From: Neocallimastix sp. 'constans'
Lineage: Eukaryota
Direction: 5' to 3'
Length of the DNA stretch: 64,000 bases
Assembly (NCBI GenBank): GCA_050613775.1
Contig: JBODTK010000117.1
Coordinates: 124,001-188,000, forward strand
Shown here piece after piece: positions 61,319 to 64,000 of this stretch. Each line of letters begins with the position of its first letter. The first letter of the stretch is position 1. The position numbers and the translations under genes were made by a program. The notes under the pieces are model-generated. The model was not told the origin of the DNA, ran no database searches, and saw nothing but the letters and a program-made list of their open reading frames with translations.

Positions 61319-62426
61319 CAAACAATTCAATCATTTTTATATTCGAAAGAACCCTAATTTATTATGAATATCTTTTATTTTTAAAAAATTTTTATAAAAT
61401 TAATTTTATGGATAAATTGTTCATTACAAAATATATATATATTATTTTATATAATATTAATATAATATTTATTTATATTATTATTTAATTAATTATTTTA
61501 ATTATTATTTAATTTTAACTGGTTATATATTATTTTTTTTTATTTTTTTTTTTTATTTTTTTAATTTTTTCCTTTCCTTATTTACTTAATTTACTGTATT
61601 GATGGTTATATTTTTTTTTATTTTTTTTTTTATTTTATTTTTTTTTTATGTATTTTATAAAATAATTATTTTTTCATTTCATTTGTTATTCAATTTAATT
61701 TATTTACTAAATTATTTATTTATTTATTTTTATAATAATATTTTTTTAAAAAAAAAAATGTAGAAAAATAATATTTTTTAAATAAGAAAAAAAAAAAAAA
61801 TTAAAGCTTTTTTAAAAACAAAAACAAAAAACAAAAACAAAACAAAACAAAAATAAAAAAAAAACAAAAATAAAAAAAAAAAACAGAGAAATAAACAAAA
61901 ATTTTTTTTAAAAAAAAAAAAAATTTCAAAATAAACAGTTTTTTTATGTAAAGTTTTTTTTTTTTTTTTAATTTAATGTGAAGTTTATATATCATTTGTA
62001 ATATATATCTTCATTTTTTTTGTATAAAGTTTTAAATTCCGAATAATATTTTATATGATTATAAAAAAAAAAAAAAATTAGAAAGATAATATAAGGTGGA
62101 GATGTCATTTTACAATGATAAAGATATATAAAGATATATATATCGTATGTATCATCTTTAATACAATAGGTTAATATATATTAACTCATTTCATTATTAA
62201 ATTTTTCATTTTTTTTTATTTTTAATTTTTTACTTTTTTTTTTTTTTTTTGTTTTGTTCTTGATTTTGATTTTCTTTTTAATTAAATAATATATATATTG
62301 AGATAAAAGTTAATATATAATCTTTTAAGATTTTGAGGATAAATTTTTTTTTTTTTTATTTATTATATATATATATATTATATATATCAATTTTATTTAA
62401 TATTTAAAATTAGCATCATTTAATTA

Positions 62427-62461
<35 letters not shown>

Positions 62462-62940
62462 TGTTAATTATACAAATTATGTAGTAATTTTAAATTAAAA
62501 ATAAATTATTTTTTTTTTCATTGCTGTAATAAAAACTGTAATATTTATAATATTTTGTTTTGTTTCTTATTTTTAATTTTTTAATTTATAAAAAGTAATT
62601 AAATATAATTTTAATATGTATATATCTATCTATCTAATAGAATTAAATATTTATTATTAAAAAAAAAAAAAAAAACAAATTATATATATGCATAAATATA
62701 TATATATATTTAATAATAAAATTTTAAGATTTTTCAAAAGTTTTTTCTTTATGTCGATTATTATTTTTAGTAATAACAATAATAATAAATAATAATAATT
62801 AATACTATTTAATAATAATAATATTATTATTATTAAGAAAGAGTACTTTTTTTTTTTACTTATTTTTTAGTTTTGGATAATAAATATTATCGATATTATT
62901 AATATATATATATATAAACACTTATGAATATACCATTAAT

Positions 62941-63466
62941 ATGTCAACTTCAAATATAAGAAAATCAAGTTCGAATCGTGTGTTCAATCAGAATCAGGAT
63001 GGGTTTACCCAAAGACAAAAAGAAATTATTAATTCATGTAAAAGAAGTAAAGAGAAAAAAAATAAAAAAGAAAAAAGGGAAGGAGTACATGCTCGTGAAA
63101 TAAAAGCACTTGTAGAAGGAACTTCAAAAATTAAAAATAATCGAAATGATACATTTATTACTCAACAAGGTGGAAAAATGTATGCATAAAAAAAAAAAAA
63201 AGAGAAGAAAAAAATAAAATATAATAAAATAAAAGAATAATTTAATTGCATATTTTATTTATATAATTAAAAAAAAATTAAAGAGAAAACAATTTGTTTA
63301 AAGATATCACAAAAGAAAAAAAAAATTGTTTCTTTTATTTTTTATTTTTTTTATTTTATATATATATATAATTATTAATTATTAAATATATATTACTTTA
63401 TATGGTATATTAAAATTATATATATATGTATTCAAATAAATATGTATATATTTTTATTATTATTAT

Positions 63467-63505
<39 letters not shown>

Positions 63506-63712
63506 GTGTGTGTATGTAATAAAATAAAATAATAAAGTTACCAGAGTGATATTTTTGCAAAAGTAAGGATAATATATAAATTTCATATAGATGTTATGGC
63601 TCATTCACCTAATCATTTTATTATACATATAAATATTTTTTAAATAAAAAATATACAAATAAACGAACAATATTATATTATTCTAAAAAAAAAAAAAAAT
63701 AATTAATATTCA

Positions 63713-63744
<32 letters not shown>

Positions 63745-63930
63745 TATATTAATTATTATTATTATTAATTTTTATAGAATATATATGGTAGACAAAGTTA
63801 TCAATCTACATTATTATTACAAAAGAAAAATGAGATGGATATAGTCCAAAAAGATTTAGATGAGAAACGAGCTGAATTTGTAAAAAAAATGAAAGATTTT
63901 CGATTAAAAAAGGAAGAATTAAAATTAAAA
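62941..63930 (+). CDS. 5' part of a CCDC42/CFAP73-like (DUF4200) coiled-coil protein; exons 62941-63179, 63538-63562, 63778-63930; continues beyond the window
   Basis: Phases are compatible through a 25-nt middle exon. QSTLLLQKKNEMDIVQKDLDEKRAEFVKKMKDFRLKKEELKLK resembles the DUF4200 start TxLLxKRREMxEVxxxLxxxxxEFxxKM. The family assignment is from memory. Confidence 0.65.
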
Positions 63931-64000
63931 GTAAACTATCATAGAAAAAAAAAAAAAAAAAAAAAAAGATTAAAAGTTTGAAATATATATTATACTAATA

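Overview
This is an extremely AT-rich eukaryotic window with intron-rich genes, long A/T homopolymers and (TAA)n tracts. It is most consistent with an anaerobic gut fungus (Neocallimastigomycota); that is an inference from base composition, fungal-type profilin and AspRS, and a flagellar-type gene. I reconstructed six genes by hand from GT-AG junctions: cytosolic aspartyl-tRNA synthetase (+, 15 exons), beta-adaptin (-, about 14 exons), pelota/Dom34 (+), profilin (-), an unknown 562-aa Asn/Tyr-rich protein with a C-terminal PP1-type RVxF motif (+), and the 5' part of a CCDC42/CFAP73-like coiled-coil gene (+). Intergenic DNA holds decayed Copia and Gypsy remnants and MITE-like hairpins. The most striking structure is a roughly 9 kb same-orientation stack of 5'-truncated non-LTR retrotransposons (36556-45379). 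Its junctions suggest self-nested insertion with target-site duplications (TSDs), a multi-unit insert bounded by one TSD (probable template jumping), and a later unequal crossover. The elements carry a four-hairpin 3' UTR and lie just downstream of the co-oriented profilin gene. Also notable are five phase-0 microexons and a roughly 60-aa insertion in AspRS, a beta-adaptin lacking its platform subdomain, and poly(A)-type 3' splice sites.
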